Positions 49,574-60,446 of a stretch of 64,000 nucleotides of DNA are shown here, piece after piece. Origin of the DNA: Spirochaetota bacterium (GTDB lineage: Bacteria > Spirochaetota > UBA4802 > UBA5550); NCBI GenBank assembly GCA_963664815.2, contig CAXXHB010000003.1, positions 1,472,001 through 1,536,000 of the forward strand. Reading direction: 5' to 3'. Each line of letters starts with the position of its first letter. The first letter of the stretch is position 1. The notes beneath the pieces were generated by a model, which was given only the letters and a program-made list of their open reading frames with translations, was not told the origin of the DNA and did not search any database. Both the position numbers and the translations under genes were made by a program.

Positions 49574-50983
49574 ATGGGTACTGATAAGAAAGAGGAACTG
49601 AAAGCGATAAAATGTCCCAGGTGCAGTGGCGGCCTTGCAAAGGGATCACGGACTCATTATGATGAAGACGAAGAGGAAGAAGTATCAATACCTGTAGCCA
49701 GGTGTATCCATTGCAATACCGAATATGACCAGCATACATCCGAATACTATGAAGTCTTTGCCGATGATCTGACTGCTGACAGGGATTCAACCATATTTAA
49801 GCTTGGCCTTAAGGGTAAGCTTAAGGGGATAGATTATGAGATCATTGGACGGTTAAGATACCAGGAAGAAGAGGAGTACGAGAAAACTACATGGGATGAG
49901 TGGGTTGCAGTTTCAGATGACGGTGTTTTTCACTATTTCGTTGAAGAAGCGGGGAGAATTGATTCCTATGAAGAATATATACCGGAACTGATAGACATAG
50001 AATCCGATGCTTCTTTTATAGAATTTGAAGGGAGAAAGATAAAAAAAACCGACGGGTATACAGGTCGTATCGTTCTTGCTGAAGGTGAACTCCCATGGAA
50101 ACCGGAAATTGGTGAAGCTGTTTTATGCTATGATTTCAAGAAAGACGGAAAAAACTTCACGATTGAAAAAACCGATGATGAGGTCTCAATAACTAGGGGT
50201 GAAAGGCTTACTCACGGTGAAGTGATAGATGCATTTAATATTGAAGGTTATAAAGAACAGTATAAAAGTACATTAAAAAAAAGAAATTCATACAAATGGG
50301 AAAGCCGCATTTATATCACAGGAATGATAATTTCTTTAATAGCAACGGTTTACAGTTGTTGCAGTAATGTGCCCGTGCAGGGAGTTGCAAATTCGAAAAA
50401 GGTTCTGGTTGATAATGTTAAATCGACTGATGCCGAGGGTACAGTTTATGAAAGTCAGATTCTTTACGGTCCTTTTGATATTCCTGAAGGTAATAAGCTG
50501 TATGATGTAACAGTTCAGGTTGACCAGGACGTACAGCCGCTTAATCTTGAATGGCAGTCATTCAGGTTTATGCTGATAAGCGAGAACAGGCTTAACGATA
50601 CATCCGGCGGGAAGATTAATGATCCTGTAATTCTGAAGGATCTTTTTGAAGAGATAGATGCAATGCCTGAACCGCTTGAATCATATGTGATAATAGGGGA
50701 TTTCTGGGATGAAGAGGGGAGTGACAGTGATGGCTACTGGCATGAGTCAGACCTTAGTTACAGTTCAGATTTTGTCCTTGATGAATCGGGTAAATATTAT
50801 GTTTATATGGAATTGTTCAATAACAAAATAAAGAACATCAACGCTGTAACGTTTTCCATATCAAAATCAAAAGGCTATAGATATTATCTGATTATATTTT
50901 TTGTATTCTTCATCTTGTGGGGAATCAGCGTAATACGTTCAAGATCTTATAATGAACTCCCCTTTGAAATGGCGGATAATTAG
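49574..50983 (+). CDS. Zn-ribbon + DUF4178 membrane protein
   Basis: CPRC..CIHC, GRLRY..WDEW, AEGELPW; two TMs flank a W.EEG.DSDG.W.E motif. Confidence 0.82.
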   Translation: MGTDKKEELKAIKCPRCSGGLAKGSRTHYDEDEEEEVSIPVARCIHCNTEYDQHTSEYYEVFADDLTADRDSTIFKLGLKGKLKGIDYEIIGRLRYQEEEEYEKTTWDEWVAVSDDGVFHYFVEEAGRIDSYEEYIPELIDIESDASFIEFEGRKIKKTDGYTGRIVLAEGELPWKPEIGEAVLCYDFKKDGKNFTIEKTDDEVSITRGERLTHGEVIDAFNIEGYKEQYKSTLKKRNSYKWESRIYITGMIISLIATVYSCCSNVPVQGVANSKKVLVDNVKSTDAEGTVYESQILYGPFDIPEGNKLYDVTVQVDQDVQPLNLEWQSFRFMLISENRLNDTSGGKINDPVILKDLFEEIDAMPEPLESYVIIGDFWDEEGSDSDGYWHESDLSYSSDFVLDESGKYYVYMELFNNKIKNINAVTFSISKSKGYRYYLIIFFVFFILWGISVIRSRSYNELPFEMADN

Positions 50984-50992
50984 GTGCAGGTT

Positions 50993-51187
50993 ATGATAAG
51001 AAGTTTAATACTCACAGTTATTCTGATTGCCGGTTCATTTATGCTTACATCACGTTATGTGGGATACTCCGGCGCCGGCAGGGAATACTTTAAAAAAGTT
51101 TCTGAAGAGAGGAAATCTCTCAGGTCCGGGAGCGGGTATTATGCTCCTTATCATGTGGGTTCCGGAAGCTTCAGATCGGGGAAGTAA
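50993..51187 (+). CDS. Small membrane/secreted protein of the DUF4178 operon
   Basis: Hydrophobic N-terminus; SLRSGS..GSGSFRSGK tail. Confidence 0.7.
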   Translation: MIRSLILTVILIAGSFMLTSRYVGYSGAGREYFKKVSEERKSLRSGSGYYAPYHVGSGSFRSGK

Positions 51188-51242
51188 AATCATCTTTTAA
51201 GTTCGGATGATAAAAAATATTACATATTTCAGGGGGTATTTT

Positions 51243-51515
51243 ATGGATTGGGCGGTAATCCTTTACGGTATAATTGATACTGTTATTTATTCTTTAATCG
51301 GTATAATTTTAATGGGGCTTGGTTTCCTGATCATCTCCTTCTTTACACCTTTTTCGATAAAAAAAGAGATTGAAGATGATCAGAATATATCGCTGGGAAT
51401 AATAATCGGGGCTGTTATTCTCGGCATATCGATAATTGTTGCATCTGTCATTTCTGCACCTTCAAGCCCGGGAACAATTAAGAATAACCAGATTAGAACA
51501 GAGCAGCCGAAATAG
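51243..51515 (+). CDS. DUF350 membrane protein
   Basis: YSLIG, TPFSIKKEIEDDQNISLGI. Confidence 0.9.
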   Translation: MDWAVILYGIIDTVIYSLIGIILMGLGFLIISFFTPFSIKKEIEDDQNISLGIIIGAVILGISIIVASVISAPSSPGTIKNNQIRTEQPK

Positions 51516-51517
51516 AA

Positions 51518-53041
51518 TTGAAAACTGTATTGCAGAAAAGTGAACAGGGAATACTTTTATTCTCTGTTTTTATTTTATCACTGTGCGGGATTATTTATGA
51601 ACTTGTACTCGGTTCGCTGGCATCCTATCTTCTCGGTAATCCGGTACAGCAGTATTCCATAACAATCGGTGTATTTTTAAGCTCAATGGGGCTTGGTTCA
51701 TTTATATCCCGGTATATCATAAAGGACCTTGTTAAAGCTTTTGTGAGGATAGAAATTGTACTTGGCCTTGTCGGCGGTGTGTCTGTTGTTTTTCTGAATT
51801 ACATGTTTTCTTTTTCAGCATCATTTTACCTGCTGCATGTATTTTTCCTTGTAGTTATAGGCACACTTGTAGGTCTTGAGATTCCGCTTCTTACAAGAAT
51901 AATGAAAAGTTATGGTACACTCAAAGATATAATATCAAATGTTCTGACTCTTGATTATATAGGGGGCCTGGGGGGATCTCTTCTTTTCCCGCTTATACTC
52001 TTCCCGTATCTGGGAAGATTTCTGACATCGATCATTATCGGTATAATGAATATTTCTGTTGCTGCAGTTGTCATAATAAAAATTGTTGATTACTCAAAAA
52101 AGAAAATTGATCTTGCTTATGCAGTACTATCTTTGCTGATACTTCTTTTTCTTGCTGTAAATTCGGTATGGGTAACATCAATTCTTAATAAGAAGATGTT
52201 TTATGACGATATAGTTTTTTCGAAAAGATCAAGGTTTCAGGAAATTGTGCTGACAAGAAACGGCGATGACTTCAGGCTTTACCTCGACGGTTCACTGCAG
52301 TTCTCAACAACTGATGAATACAGATACCATGAAATGCTCGTTTATCCCCCGGTGATGATCTGCGGAAACAGAAACATTTCAGTTCTTGTCCTGGGTGGAG
52401 GTGATGGACTTGCAGTGCGTGAACTTCTGAAATTTAAAAATGTCATTCATATAACTCTTATTGAACTGGATGAATACATGGTTAATCTTGCGAAGAATAA
52501 CTCGACATTGAAATATATAAATCATAATTCACTGGCTGATGAACGTGTATATGTGGTTACGGGGGATGCCTACGATTATCTTATAAAGAACAGTCTTAAA
52601 TATGATTTAATCATTGCTGATTTTCCTGATCCGCATGATGAAACGGTTTCAAAGCTTTATACAGACAGTTTTTATAAAATTGTAAAAAAATCACTGAAGA
52701 GTGATGGTGTTTTTGTGACACAGTCCACATCGCCGCTTTTTGCCAGGGAGGCCTTCTGGTGCATAAACAATACACTGAGTGAGGTCTTTAAAACTGTAAT
52801 ACCGTACCATGTTTTTATTCCGACTTTCGGTGACTGGGGATTTAATATCGGAACAGACAGAACATTGAATTCTGAGGAACCTGGAGAAGCCGGGAATTCA
52901 AAATTCTATACAAGTGAGACATTCAAAGCCTCCATGCATTTTCCGCCGGACTCCGATAAAGTCACAACAGAGGTAAACAGATTTAATAAGCCTTTGTTAT
53001 ACCTGTATTACCTTAAGGGATGGAAAAATTCTGATTACTGA
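51518..53041 (+). CDS. speE: Membrane-fused polyamine aminopropyltransferase (spermidine synthase-like)
   Basis: N-terminal TMs (CGIIYEL, GLEIPLL, DYIG); LQFSTTDEYRYHE, LGGGDGLAVRE, DFPDP, PTFGDWGF. Confidence 0.9.
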   Translation: MKTVLQKSEQGILLFSVFILSLCGIIYELVLGSLASYLLGNPVQQYSITIGVFLSSMGLGSFISRYIIKDLVKAFVRIEIVLGLVGGVSVVFLNYMFSFSASFYLLHVFFLVVIGTLVGLEIPLLTRIMKSYGTLKDIISNVLTLDYIGGLGGSLLFPLILFPYLGRFLTSIIIGIMNISVAAVVIIKIVDYSKKKIDLAYAVLSLLILLFLAVNSVWVTSILNKKMFYDDIVFSKRSRFQEIVLTRNGDDFRLYLDGSLQFSTTDEYRYHEMLVYPPVMICGNRNISVLVLGGGDGLAVRELLKFKNVIHITLIELDEYMVNLAKNNSTLKYINHNSLADERVYVVTGDAYDYLIKNSLKYDLIIADFPDPHDETVSKLYTDSFYKIVKKSLKSDGVFVTQSTSPLFAREAFWCINNTLSEVFKTVIPYHVFIPTFGDWGFNIGTDRTLNSEEPGEAGNSKFYTSETFKASMHFPPDSDKVTTEVNRFNKPLLYLYYLKGWKNSDY

Positions 53042-53047
53042 GAAAAT

Positions 53048-53078
53048 AAAAAAGCAGGCTGTTTAAACAGACTGCTTT
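53048..53078 (-). terminator. Terminator between the convergent speE-like gene and rpmB
   Basis: aaagcag-g-ctgttt/aaacag-a-ctgcttt with an A tract on the left. Confidence 0.7.
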
Positions 53079-53102
53079 AAGGTTAAAGTATTAAAATAAC
53101 AG

Positions 53103-53291
53103 TTAAACTGCTTTAACAACACTACCTGTTCTTATGCATCTTGTACATACATTTTTTCTGACAGTTCTGCTGTTGACGAGCACTCTGATTTTTTTTACGT
53201 TTGGTCTCCACATCTTATTTGTCTTTTTATGTGAATGGCTCACGTTACAACCGAATTGAACAGATTTTCCACATATTTCACATTTTGCCAT
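53103..53291 (-). CDS. rpmB: 50S ribosomal protein L28 (Zn-binding form)
   Basis: MAKCEICGK..GCNVSHSH..WRPNV..VCTRC. Confidence 0.96.
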   Translation of the reverse strand: MAKCEICGKSVQFGCNVSHSHKKTNKMWRPNVKKIRVLVNSRTVRKNVCTRCIRTGSVVKAV

Positions 53292-53552
53292 TTGCCTAAT
53301 CCTTGGATACGAATAATTTGTAGTCAACATAAAACCTGTGATATTATTTTCAAGTAAATTATGTATGTTTTGAGGAAAATTGTTGAATTAATTGTATCCG
53401 TTATTTAACCAGGATATTTATATATTGTTATTTAACCATACAGTTCAATCTGCAGTATCATAAATGTTATTGAGTGTCCCCTGGCTCTATCAATAGTTGC
53501 TTATGCAGAACGTGTATAATTGATTGTAAAAAAAGTTATCTGGAAGGATAAA

Positions 53553-53747
53553 ATGGAGATAAAACCAAGTACTAATGCTGCTGAAGCATTGAAGATGTCT
53601 AAAAATGTTGCTGAAGTTTTCAGAAGTTATAATCTGGATTGTCTTGCCTGTAAGGGGGTTGTCGAAGAGACAGTGGATAAAATTGCTTTTAACAACGGAA
53701 TCTCCCTTGATGTATTTTTAGAAGATCTTAACAATGCGCTGAAATAA
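53553..53747 (+). CDS. DUF1858-like small CxxC protein
   Basis: VAEVFRSYNLDCLAC..ET..GISLDVFLEDLN. Confidence 0.8.
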   Translation: MEIKPSTNAAEALKMSKNVAEVFRSYNLDCLACKGVVEETVDKIAFNNGISLDVFLEDLNNALK

Positions 53748-53760
53748 TTATGGCGGACTT

Positions 53761-54345
53761 GTGAAGGGTACCGTAAGAATCATCTCAGGCCTGATGAAAG
53801 GAAGAGTAATCCCGTTTAATGTAAGTAAATTTAATGATGCTGAAATTACACCGCAGAAAGTAAAGGGGGCGCTTTTCTCCATTCTTGGAGAGTATCTTCA
53901 GGGAAAAACGTTTATCGATCTTTATTCCGGTTCAGGGCAGATAGGGATAGAGGCTCTCAGCCGTGAATGTTCTATTGTTGTTTTTAATGAAAAAGAGCGA
54001 TCGCGTTATGAATTTATCAGGAAATTCATAACGCAAAGTGATTACAGCGAAAGGGCAATTGTTCTGAACCTTAGCGCTATGTCAGCACTTGCTAATCTTC
54101 TTGAAAAGGACATAAAAGCCGACATAGTTTTTCTTGATCCTCCGTATAAAAAGGAAACAGGAGCTTCCGGTTTTTATGACAGCATACTCACAGATATTGT
54201 CGGTTCAGGAATTCTTAAAGAAGAATCCGAAGTAATCGTTCAGCATTATTCGGATAATGTACTCCCGGAATTCTGCAGTAATTTAAAAAAAAATGATGTT
54301 AAAAAATACGGATCAACATCATTATCGATATACCATTATTGTTAA
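53761..54345 (+). CDS. rsmD: 16S rRNA m2G966 methyltransferase RsmD
   Basis: RIISG..KGR, DLYSGSGQIGIEALSR, FLDPPY, KKYG. Confidence 0.9.
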   Translation: MKGTVRIISGLMKGRVIPFNVSKFNDAEITPQKVKGALFSILGEYLQGKTFIDLYSGSGQIGIEALSRECSIVVFNEKERSRYEFIRKFITQSDYSERAIVLNLSAMSALANLLEKDIKADIVFLDPPYKKETGASGFYDSILTDIVGSGILKEESEVIVQHYSDNVLPEFCSNLKKNDVKKYGSTSLSIYHYC

Positions 54346-54446
54346 TGTTTATATAGACAATAATAATATTTAAGCTTTTTAAAGGGCCTTTTCACAGATA
54401 ATCGGGTTAAGTGATGATATCTCTTTCAAATTAAGTATTGATATTT

Positions 54447-55220
54447 TCATTTAACAAGCGAAATCTTCATATCCTGCATGGTTGAAATGGCACGAAGGTA
54501 ATCTGAAGGAGCCTCTGTTGAAAGATTGTGATAGGCAAGTGCGATATACCTGTTGTAGTGAATATCTCGTGGTCTGGTTGAATCAACAAGAATCCATTTC
54601 CCTTTATAATATGCTTCCACCCACATGTGGTATACAAAAACATTCTCCTTTCCGGAAAAACTTTCAGCAAGAATTATTCCGACTACTGCTCTTGAAGGTA
54701 TTTGTAATTCCCTTAAAATGGATACTGTCAATATGCTGTGCTCGGTACAATCACCGGTTTTACCGGTGAGTATCGATGATGCCGGTAACAGAGGTATGCC
54801 GATTTTTTTATTTGAAATGTGATTATATACGAAGAGTGAAACATCACTGACCGGATTAAGGGAGTTTTTAAATTTTTCTGCTGTTTTTTTAATACTCTCT
54901 TTATCCAGATTAAGATATGGTGTATTTTTAAGGTATATATTTAAATCTTTGTTATCTTTAAGATGAGACTCTCCTGATGATACAAGGATTGTGCTTTTTT
55001 CACTGTACCGGTTCACTGACAATATCTGCTGGTTAGCGGTTGAGTAAAGAGTAAAATCCTCATCGCTGCTTTCTACTTTATAGATAGTTCTGATGCCGGA
55101 ATAAACCGAATTATTTATACCGGAAGGAATAATCATAAAGGATGACGGGGGGATTGATACAGCATTACCCCATATGAAAAAGACTAAAAGAATACAACAG
55201 GCAGCATGGCGTAATTTCAT
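54447..55220 (-). CDS. Secreted transglutaminase-like protein
   Basis: GDCTEHS (Cys), YHMWVE (His), VDST (Asp); signal peptide. Confidence 0.88.
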   Translation of the reverse strand: MKLRHAACCILLVFFIWGNAVSIPPSSFMIIPSGINNSVYSGIRTIYKVESSDEDFTLYSTANQQILSVNRYSEKSTILVSSGESHLKDNKDLNIYLKNTPYLNLDKESIKKTAEKFKNSLNPVSDVSLFVYNHISNKKIGIPLLPASSILTGKTGDCTEHSILTVSILRELQIPSRAVVGIILAESFSGKENVFVYHMWVEAYYKGKWILVDSTRPRDIHYNRYIALAYHNLSTEAPSDYLRAISTMQDMKISLVK

Positions 55221-55919
55221 TTATTTATCTACTCTGACCATTTCAAAAACGTTGTTAAGCATCTTTAAAATAATTATTTCTGTAACGCCCTCCTTGTTTA
55301 AATACATGTCAATGCTTTTAAGCTTCTCAATTCTCTGTTTAACATGAAGAAGCTTCATCGTTTTATCGCCGACCTGTATATTCTCCGTGCCCTGAGCTTC
55401 AACAAGAACAAGAATTGGTGTATCGATCTCAACTGAGGGTTCATATATATTTGATTTGATAATAACTCCTTTTTTAAATTTATTTTTTATAAGTTCGCTG
55501 AAAAAATAATTTCCATCAAGGACAAAAGTTCCTTTGATTTTAAACCTGGATTGGTAATCTCCTGTTGAGAGTGTAACTTCATTTCCATTAAACAGTGCTG
55601 TTTTATTTATCTCTTCGGTTGTACCGCCGGATTTATCATTAACGGTATTGAATACTTCGAGCTTAACAGGTTTAAAATCTTTTGTTTCAGTAACAATCTG
55701 AACAGATTTATTTTCTATTGTCCCTATAGTAAGGGACATTTCACTTTTCAGTATATAATTGTTACCTGAACTTGTATTGGAGAATACAGCTTTACCAGCC
55801 CTGACTCCGTTCACAAGAAGATCGTAGTTCCATGTACCTTCGGGAATTTGCGTTGGATTTGATGAACATGATACTGATATGGTTATTATTAAGATGGATA
55901 AAAAAGTCCTGATTTTCAT
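55221..55919 (-). CDS. Beta-rich lipoprotein
   Basis: Lipobox SVSC; YDLLVNGVRAG. Confidence 0.75.
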   Translation of the reverse strand: MKIRTFLSILIITISVSCSSNPTQIPEGTWNYDLLVNGVRAGKAVFSNTSSGNNYILKSEMSLTIGTIENKSVQIVTETKDFKPVKLEVFNTVNDKSGGTTEEINKTALFNGNEVTLSTGDYQSRFKIKGTFVLDGNYFFSELIKNKFKKGVIIKSNIYEPSVEIDTPILVLVEAQGTENIQVGDKTMKLLHVKQRIEKLKSIDMYLNKEGVTEIIILKMLNNVFEMVRVDK

Positions 55920-55946
55920 TTTAACTTACCTTCCTGTTTTAAATTT

Positions 55947-56897
55947 TTACCTGAAGTGATCATAACCAGCGGGTTCAATTGTTATTTGCGAATCGCCTTT
56001 TATCAGAATATACCCGCTTGCGGTTACATTTCCTATGTATCTGATATGTTCATTATCTTTAATATCTTTTTTTGCAGTAAATATCAGCTCATACTCTTCA
56101 CCACTATAGAGAGTATAATCTGAAGCAGCAATTTTTTTTTCAGCGCAGAAACCTTCAAGTTCATCATCAGCAGGAACATTATCGATGTAAATTTCAAATC
56201 CGCAATGGCTCATTTCACATATATGTCCAAGGTCAATGAGTAATCCATCAGATATATCGATCATTGCAGTGGGATGATATTCATTTACAATGGGACTTAT
56301 CAGATCTATCCGGGGGTCCGGTCTTAAATGCTTTTCAACAGATTTCGGAAAATTGTCTCTGCATGCATTTTTATTCAGTATCTCAAGCCCCAGCTTTGAT
56401 AAACCTGTGTTTCCGGTGACATAAATTCTGTCCCCGGCTTCCGCACCTTTCCTGTATACAGGCCGGCAGGTTTCTCCATATATTGAAATGTTTACAACGA
56501 GTTTGTCGGATTTTGATGTATCACCTCCCGCAATGAAAGTCCCGTGCTTTAATGCACATGTGAGAATTCCATCATAGAGTTCATCAATCATCTGTTCTGT
56601 ATATTGCGGCGGAATGCCGATCGATACAAGTGCAAGCACCGGTTTTCCACCCATGGCATAAATATCGGAAACATTTGCTGCCATGGATCTGTAGCCGGCA
56701 TCAGAAAGAGATGTGTAGTCTAAATTAAAGTGCACATTCTCGACACTGATATCTGTTGAAAAAAGTCCATACCTGTCGTCTGAGATTCTGTAAACAGCAC
56801 AGTCATCACCGATTCCGAAAATATTTTCGGAGCCATTCTGCAGCAGGTTTACTTTTTTTCTGATAGATTCTATCAGTTTAAATTCACTTGTTATCAT
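55947..56897 (-). CDS. thiL: Thiamine-monophosphate kinase
   Basis: EFKLI, GIGDDCA, NVSDIYAMGG, GGDT, IDISDGL, GEEYEL, GYDHF. Confidence 0.95.
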   Translation of the reverse strand: MITSEFKLIESIRKKVNLLQNGSENIFGIGDDCAVYRISDDRYGLFSTDISVENVHFNLDYTSLSDAGYRSMAANVSDIYAMGGKPVLALVSIGIPPQYTEQMIDELYDGILTCALKHGTFIAGGDTSKSDKLVVNISIYGETCRPVYRKGAEAGDRIYVTGNTGLSKLGLEILNKNACRDNFPKSVEKHLRPDPRIDLISPIVNEYHPTAMIDISDGLLIDLGHICEMSHCGFEIYIDNVPADDELEGFCAEKKIAASDYTLYSGEEYELIFTAKKDIKDNEHIRYIGNVTASGYILIKGDSQITIEPAGYDHFR

Positions 56898-56901
56898 TAT
56901 T

Positions 56902-58329
56902 TCAACAGTATTTTTGTTTGCAGTAATCAATCCTTTTTTTCAGATTGTTGTAGCCTATAACCGGTATGGCAATGTCAAGATCGGGACCGCTGAGAGTGCC
57001 TGTTATCATCGCACGTATCGGGTGAAACAGCTTTTTACCTTTATGCTCTGTATTCTCTTTTATTCCGGGTATAAGCCCTGTGAGAACTGTTTCATCATTT
57101 AAAACGGGAATAATTCCAGAGGCTGTATTTATTATATCCCTGGAATAATCCTCTTTAAGAAGTTTATCAGCTTCTTCATCCGGAATGTTTATTTCATTTA
57201 AAAAAATCCCCGCAGGCTTTATGATATCAGAAAGTATTTCGCAGCTGTTCCGAGTAATTGAAATTATATTTTCGAGCTTTTCCCTGCTGAGCGATTTTAT
57301 TTCAAGGCCGGCCTTATCAAGGTAGGGAATGAACATATCAGTAATTTCTGACAGGGAGTATTTTTTTATATAACTTCCATTCATCCATTTAAGTTTCTGG
57401 AAATCGAATACAGCTGCGCTCTTACCTATACTGGATATATCGAACAATGATACAAGCTGATCGAATTCAAGAATCTCTTCTCCTGATTCGGTGGACCATC
57501 CGAGAAGCCCAAGGTAATTCATTAATGCTTCGGGAAGGTATCCCTCCTGTCTGTATAAATCTACTGATGTGATTCCGTGCCTTTTGCTCAGTTTCTTTTT
57601 ATCTGAACCGAGAATAAGCGGGAGATGGGCATATTCAGGAAATGGTAATCCCAGCGCTTTTGCAATCAGAATCTGCTTCGGTGTGTTTGAGAGGTGATCT
57701 TCACCACGTATGACATGAGTTATCTCCATCAGGGCATCATCAATACTCACTATATAGTTATAAACCGGACCGCCATCAGACCTGACAATTATAAAATCTC
57801 CGCCGATATTACTGCTGTTGAATACAACATGACCCTTTATTTTATCATCAAATTCTATTGTTTCATCTACCGGAACCTTGAATTTAACAGGATATTCTCC
57901 ATGAAATGAAAGTTCCTCCTGTTCAGTAAGAGTCAGATTTCTGCATCTGTCAAGAAACGGTCTGTTTTCAGTCATTGCCTGTTTTTTGTCTTCCTCAACC
58001 TGTTCGTTGGAGCAGAAACATGTAAAAGCATGTCCGGTTAATAAAAGTCTTTTTGTATATTCACGGTATATTTCATCTCTTTCTGACTGTCTGTATGGTC
58101 CATGACCCTTATCCTTGTCAGGACCTTCGTTCCATTCAATACCAAGCCACCTGAGATCATCAAGTATTGAAATTTCTGATTCAACGGTGCTTCTTTCTTT
58201 ATCTGTATCTTCAACTCTTATTATAAAATCAGCGCCTGATTTTTTTGCGGTAATATGGTTAACAACGGCAGTTCTGGCATTTCCTATATGAAGGTAACCT
58301 GTCGGGCTGGGGGCAAATCTGACTCTCAT
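56902..58329 (-). CDS. gltX: Glutamate--tRNA ligase
   Basis: RFAPSPTGYLHIGN, EDTD, RGEDHLSNT, KLSKR. Confidence 0.96.
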   Translation of the reverse strand: MRVRFAPSPTGYLHIGNARTAVVNHITAKKSGADFIIRVEDTDKERSTVESEISILDDLRWLGIEWNEGPDKDKGHGPYRQSERDEIYREYTKRLLLTGHAFTCFCSNEQVEEDKKQAMTENRPFLDRCRNLTLTEQEELSFHGEYPVKFKVPVDETIEFDDKIKGHVVFNSSNIGGDFIIVRSDGGPVYNYIVSIDDALMEITHVIRGEDHLSNTPKQILIAKALGLPFPEYAHLPLILGSDKKKLSKRHGITSVDLYRQEGYLPEALMNYLGLLGWSTESGEEILEFDQLVSLFDISSIGKSAAVFDFQKLKWMNGSYIKKYSLSEITDMFIPYLDKAGLEIKSLSREKLENIISITRNSCEILSDIIKPAGIFLNEINIPDEEADKLLKEDYSRDIINTASGIIPVLNDETVLTGLIPGIKENTEHKGKKLFHPIRAMITGTLSGPDLDIAIPVIGYNNLKKRIDYCKQKYC

Positions 58330-58396
58330 CGTATACTCCTGTAAAATTTACTGAGGATATTTGAAAGCTGATATAATATTTGTAAATGAAAAAACG

Positions 58397-58433
58397 GCCA
58401 TATAAAAAATGTGTTAAATCATTTTTATATGGC
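58397..58433. promoter_or_regulatory. Inverted repeat in the gltX/glnS divergent promoter region
   Basis: gccatataaaaa ... tttttatatggc (12-bp arms). Confidence 0.4.
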
Positions 58434-58622
58434 AGAAAATATCAAATTTCATTATTTTAAGAAATGTTTTTTATTTTTATTAATATATTGCAGGTACTGT
58501 TGATAATTATAATTAATCTGTTATAATTTACTTGATTATTGCACCAGATAATAAAATTTGTCATAGAGAAAATTTTATAAATATATTGATACTTAATAAT
58601 TCTATCCGGAACAGGTAATGTT

Positions 58623-60326
58623 ATGAGTGAAAATAGTATTATTGATAATGAAACAGGTAAATCCAATTTTATTAAGGAAATAATAAAGGAAGATCTGAAT
58701 AATAATAAAAATGACAGTCGGGTGGCTACAAGATTTCCGCCGGAACCTAATGGGTACCTCCACATAGGTCACGCTAAATCTATATGCCTTAATTTCGGTC
58801 TTGCCCGTGAATTCAAAGGAACATGCAATCTCAGGTTTGACGATACCAACCCTTCAAAAGAGGAAACTGAATATGTAGATTCAATTCAGAATGATGTAAA
58901 ATGGCTAGGTTTTGACTGGGATGACCGGCTTTACTATGCTTCAGATTATTATGAAAGACTGTATGAATTTGCAGTTGTACTTATAAGAAAAGGAAAAGCA
59001 TTTGTCTGCGATCTTACTGCGGATCAGATGAGGGAATACCGTGGAACCCTGACGCGTCCCGGACAGGAGAGCCCTTTCCGTAACAGAAGTGTGGAAGAGA
59101 ATATTGATCTTTTCCGGAAAATGAGAAACGGGGAATTTAAAGATGGAGAAAAAACTCTTCGTGGAAAGATAGATATGTCTTCCGGTTATATAGTAATGAG
59201 AGATCCTGTGCTTTACAGGATTCAGCGCTCTACTCATCACAGAACGGGGGATGCGTGGTGCATATACCCGATGTACGATTTCGCTCATCCTCTCTCGGAT
59301 TCAATTGAGGGAATTACTCATTCAGTCTGTACACTGGAGTTTGAAAACAACAGGCCGCTTTATGACTGGGTTGTTAACGAATGTGAAGCAGTGCATAAAC
59401 CACGGCAGATAGAGTTTGCCCGTCTTAATCTTTCATTTACTGTAATGAGTAAAAGAAAACTCCTGGAGCTTGTTACAAAAAATTATGTTTCAGGATGGGA
59501 CGATCCGAGGATGCCTACAATTGCCGGTATAAGGCGAAGGGGATACACTCCTGAATCTATAAGGGATTTTGCCGACAGGATAGGGGTTGCCAAGGCCGAT
59601 AACATGGTTGATATTGCCATGCTTGAACATTGTCTGCGGGAAGATATGAACAGACGGGCGCAGAGAGTAATGGCTGTAATCGATCCGGTAAAAGTTATTA
59701 TTGATAACTATCCTGAAGATAAGACTGAGCATGTTGAGGCTGTAAATAATCCGGAAGATGAAAGCATGGGGAAGAGGGAGATGCCTTTTTCCAGAGAGTT
59801 ATGGATAGAGAGAAGCGATTTCATGGAAATTCCGGTAAAGGGATACTTCAGGCTTGCACCGGGAACAGAGGTGCGATTTAAACATGCTTATTATATAAAA
59901 TGTGTGTCAGTGGAAAAGGATGATTCCGGGGAAATCAAAGTGATACATTGCACATATGATCCGGATACACGGGGCGGATGGTCTCAGGATGGAAGAAAAA
60001 TCAGGGGCACAATTCATTGGGTATCTGCCGCGCATGCTGTGGAAGCCGAGGCGAGGCTTTATGAACACCTGTTTATCAAAGAGAATCCGGATGATCTGGA
60101 AGATGGTGCCGACTATAAAATAAATCTTAATCCGGATTCTTTAAAGGTTATTAAAAAAATATATGTAGAGGCTTTTGTTGAAAAATGTTCACCGGGGGAT
60201 AAATTCCAGTTTGACAGAACTGGTTATTTTTGTATCGACCCCGATACGACAAAAGGGAATATTGTTTTCAACAGAACAGTTCCGTTAAAGGATTCATGGG
60301 GTAAAATAGCGGGGAAGAACGCATAA
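58623..60326 (+). CDS. glnS: Glutamine--tRNA ligase (no YqeY tail)
   Basis: [43 protein letters not shown]. Confidence 0.96.
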   Translation: MSENSIIDNETGKSNFIKEIIKEDLNNNKNDSRVATRFPPEPNGYLHIGHAKSICLNFGLAREFKGTCNLRFDDTNPSKEETEYVDSIQNDVKWLGFDWDDRLYYASDYYERLYEFAVVLIRKGKAFVCDLTADQMREYRGTLTRPGQESPFRNRSVEENIDLFRKMRNGEFKDGEKTLRGKIDMSSGYIVMRDPVLYRIQRSTHHRTGDAWCIYPMYDFAHPLSDSIEGITHSVCTLEFENNRPLYDWVVNECEAVHKPRQIEFARLNLSFTVMSKRKLLELVTKNYVSGWDDPRMPTIAGIRRRGYTPESIRDFADRIGVAKADNMVDIAMLEHCLREDMNRRAQRVMAVIDPVKVIIDNYPEDKTEHVEAVNNPEDESMGKREMPFSRELWIERSDFMEIPVKGYFRLAPGTEVRFKHAYYIKCVSVEKDDSGEIKVIHCTYDPDTRGGWSQDGRKIRGTIHWVSAAHAVEAEARLYEHLFIKENPDDLEDGADYKINLNPDSLKVIKKIYVEAFVEKCSPGDKFQFDRTGYFCIDPDTTKGNIVFNRTVPLKDSWGKIAGKNA

Positions 60327-60446
60327 TTATTATATAATGAACGTTTTTATCAGCATTTTTAATCATTCCGAAACCTGTTTCTGGTAATCCGGAATGACTG
60401 GTTATGCTAAATACGTTTTTTATAAAAGACAAATAACTTTATCTTT

